Of a stretch of 64,000 nucleotides of DNA, positions 61,959 through 64,000 are shown piece by piece. Below the pieces are notes generated by a model. The model ran no database searches. It worked only from the letters and a program-made list of their open reading frames with translations, and was not told the origin of the DNA. The translations under genes were made by a program, and so were the position numbers. Source of the DNA: Pseudomonadota bacterium (lineage in GTDB: Bacteria; Pseudomonadota; Gammaproteobacteria; Burkholderiales; JABEVD01); contig JAKBJU010000005.1 of the NCBI GenBank assembly GCA_021835845.1, forward strand, positions 36,505 to 100,504, read 5' to 3'. Numbering within the stretch: the first letter of the stretch is position 1; the number at the start of each line of letters is the position of its first letter.

Positions 61959-62917
61959 TGTATTCCAGGATTATCGGTACCGGGAGCTACCTTCCCGAGA
62001 AAGTTCTCTCGAATCACGACCTCGAAAAGATGGTCGAGACTTCCCACGACTGGATTTTCTCCAGGACCGGCATCAATGAGCGGCATATCGCTGGGGAAAA
62101 CGAACTGGCGAGCGACCTCGCGCTTCACGCAAGCCGCAGGGCCATGGAATCCGCCGGAATTGCGGCTGACGAGATCGATCTCATCATCGTCGCAACCACC
62201 ACCCCGGACATGCTCTTTCCGAGCACGGCGACGATACTCCAGTCCAAGCTCGGCATCGGCAACAATTGCCCCGCCTTCGATGTCCAGGCCGTCTGCACCG
62301 GCTTCATCTATGCGCTTGCCACCGCTGACTGCTATCTGAAATCCGGAAAATACCGGCATGCGCTTGTCGTCGGGACGGAAGTGCTGTCCAGGATCATCGA
62401 CTGGACGGACCGTTCGACCTGCGTGCTTTTCGGGGACGGGGCAGGGGCAATCGTGCTGAAGTGCGGCGATGCCCCCGGCATTCTTTCCTCCCACCTGCAT
62501 GCCGACGGCAGCCACAACCCCATTCTTGCGGCACCGGGAAGGGTTTGCAACGGAACAATAAAGGGCTCTCCATTCGTATCCATGAACGGCAATGCCGTGT
62601 TCAAGATCGCCGTCAATGTCCTCGAGCAGGTCGCCAGCGAAGCCATGCAGGCCAACGGAATGTCGCCTGCCGATATCGACTGGCTGGTTCCTCACCAAGC
62701 CAATATCAGGATCATCGAAGCAACCGCCAAAAAGCTTTCTATGGACATGGACCGGGTGGTCGTGACGGTGGACAGGCACGGCAACACTTCAGCCGCATCC
62801 ATTCCGCTCGCCCTGGATCAGGCGGCGCGGGAGGGGCGCTTCAGGGAAGGGGAAACCCTGCTCATGGAAGGCGTGGGAGGCGGCATCACATGGGGCTCGC
62901 TGCTCCTGAAATGGTGA
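61958..62917 (+). CDS. fabH: Beta-ketoacyl-ACP synthase III
   Basis: [44 protein letters not shown]. Confidence 0.95.
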   Translation: MYSRIIGTGSYLPEKVLSNHDLEKMVETSHDWIFSRTGINERHIAGENELASDLALHASRRAMESAGIAADEIDLIIVATTTPDMLFPSTATILQSKLGIGNNCPAFDVQAVCTGFIYALATADCYLKSGKYRHALVVGTEVLSRIIDWTDRSTCVLFGDGAGAIVLKCGDAPGILSSHLHADGSHNPILAAPGRVCNGTIKGSPFVSMNGNAVFKIAVNVLEQVASEAMQANGMSPADIDWLVPHQANIRIIEATAKKLSMDMDRVVVTVDRHGNTSAASIPLALDQAAREGRFREGETLLMEGVGGGITWGSLLLKW

Positions 62918-62942
62918 TTTTCTCAACAACCTATCTTTCCAG

Positions 62943-63887
62943 ATGAAATACGCATTTGTTTTTCCGGGTCAGGGTTCCCAGTCCATCGGCATGATGGGCG
63001 GATTCGACGATTTTCCGATCGTGCGCGAAACCTTCGGGCACGCGTCCGACATACTCCATCAGGATTTATGGAAGCTGGCCGCCGAAGGGCCTGCTGACGC
63101 GCTCAATCAGACCGTCAATACCCAGCCCCTGATGCTCGCTGCAGGCGTTGCGATCTATCGGGCCTGGACGCAGCTCTCGGCTTCACGCCCCGCGATCCTC
63201 GCAGGCCACAGCCTGGGGGAATATTCCGCGCTCGTCGCATCGAACGCCATCGCCTTCGAAGATGCATTGCCGCTCGTGCGCTTTCGCGCCCTTTCCATGC
63301 AGGAGGCCGTGCCGGAAGGCACGGGAGGAATCGCAGCAGTACTCGGGCTCGAAGATGACGCCGTCAAGGAAGTGTGCCTCGCCGCTGCGCAGGGCGAAGT
63401 GCTGGAAGCGGTCAACTTCAATTCTCCCGGCCAGGTGGTGATAGCCGGCCATCGCAATGCGGTATTGCGGGGCATGGAAGCCGCGAAAGAGAAGGGAGCG
63501 AAGCGGGCCATCATGCTTCCCATGAGCGTGCCTTCCCACTGCTCCCTGATGAAGCCCGCGGCCCAGGCCCTGGATGGCTATCTGAAGAATGTGCGCATAG
63601 GCAGGCCGGAAATTCCCGTGCTGCACAATGTCGACGTGAAGCCCCATGTCGAACCCGAAGCGATCCGGGCCGCGCTGGTCAATCAGCTGGACCATCCGGT
63701 CAGATGGGTCGAAACCATTCGTGCGATCTTTGGAGAGGGGATCGGGCAAGCCGCCGAGTGCGGGCCCGGAAAAGTACTGGCCGGGCTCAACAAGCGCATC
63801 GAGCCAGCACAGATTATTCTGGCATTGACGGACAGCGCGGCACTCAGGGACGCGGCCGATACATTGAACAAGGAGGAAGCATGTTGA
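62943..63887 (+). CDS. fabD: Malonyl CoA-ACP transacylase
   Basis: FVFPGQGSQSIGM..LAGHSLGEYSALV. Confidence 0.95.
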   Translation: MKYAFVFPGQGSQSIGMMGGFDDFPIVRETFGHASDILHQDLWKLAAEGPADALNQTVNTQPLMLAAGVAIYRAWTQLSASRPAILAGHSLGEYSALVASNAIAFEDALPLVRFRALSMQEAVPEGTGGIAAVLGLEDDAVKEVCLAAAQGEVLEAVNFNSPGQVVIAGHRNAVLRGMEAAKEKGAKRAIMLPMSVPSHCSLMKPAAQALDGYLKNVRIGRPEIPVLHNVDVKPHVEPEAIRAALVNQLDHPVRWVETIRAIFGEGIGQAAECGPGKVLAGLNKRIEPAQIILALTDSAALRDAADTLNKEEAC

Positions 63888-64000
63888 AGGGACAGATTGC
63901 GCTCGTCACTGGTGCAAGCCGCGGAATAGGAAGGGCGATCGCCCTGGATCTGGGGAAACATGGCGCGACCGTGATCGGGACTGCGACCAGCGAATCCGGA
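63881..64000 (+). CDS. fabG: 3-oxoacyl-ACP reductase (5' part; runs off the window end)
   Basis: MLKGQIALVTGASRGIGRAIALDLGKHGATVIGTATSESG. The ATG at 63881 overlaps the fabD 3' end. Confidence 0.9.
   Translation, partial: MLKGQIALVTGASRGIGRAIALDLGKHGATVIGTATSESG

Overview
This is a 64-kb chromosomal window with high GC (roughly 57-60% in flank lines I hand-counted). Gene content and order look typical of a chemolithotrophic betaproteobacterium, possibly Gallionellaceae/Nitrosomonadales-like; the taxon is inference only. I saw no rRNA, tRNA, CRISPR array or intact mobile element.

Content from left to right:
- a 3'-truncated PP2C-phosphatase/Ser-Thr-kinase fusion
- an arsR-arsC-arsC-acr3 operon
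- a CZB-GGDEF cyclase divergent from an orphan cheZ
- a ZIP / aminotransferase / P-type ATPase operon
- an encapsulated-ferritin-like gene remnant
- a stand-alone cNMP-binding protein
- a porin followed by a decayed transposase remnant
- an HTH-2Fe2S-FNR fusion protein
- the TCA block mdh / sdhCDAB-sdhE-gltA-sucAB-lpdA
- trpH-yciO-like-M50-trpS-scpAB
- a lower-GC island carrying a complete Alternative Complex III cluster (actA-B1-B2-C-D-E-F)
- a cobalamin riboswitch with btuB-btuF
- pyrG-kdsA-eno-ftsB
- a YgfX-like protein
- a LysR-associated periplasmic redox locus (Tat-exported protein, orphan ModA-like binding protein, five-haem cytochrome)
- two more c-di-GMP proteins
- yceF / yceD-rpmF-plsX-fabHDG

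Most worth a second look:
1. The five-haem cytochrome, which fuses an ADH-type trihaem module to a TsdA-like dihaem module, together with its Tat/SBP/LysR neighbours.
2. The compositionally distinct ACIII island with a 0.5-kb AT-rich leader containing a strongly SD-preceded mini-ORF.
3. A 10-nt G/C homopolymer exactly in the phosphatase-kinase linker.
4. A perfect sigma-54 promoter that can only drive a 33-codon ORF.
5. The metal-transporter operon with an embedded aminotransferase, next to a ferritin-like remnant.

All protein calls rest on motif-level reading of the translations. No database search was possible.
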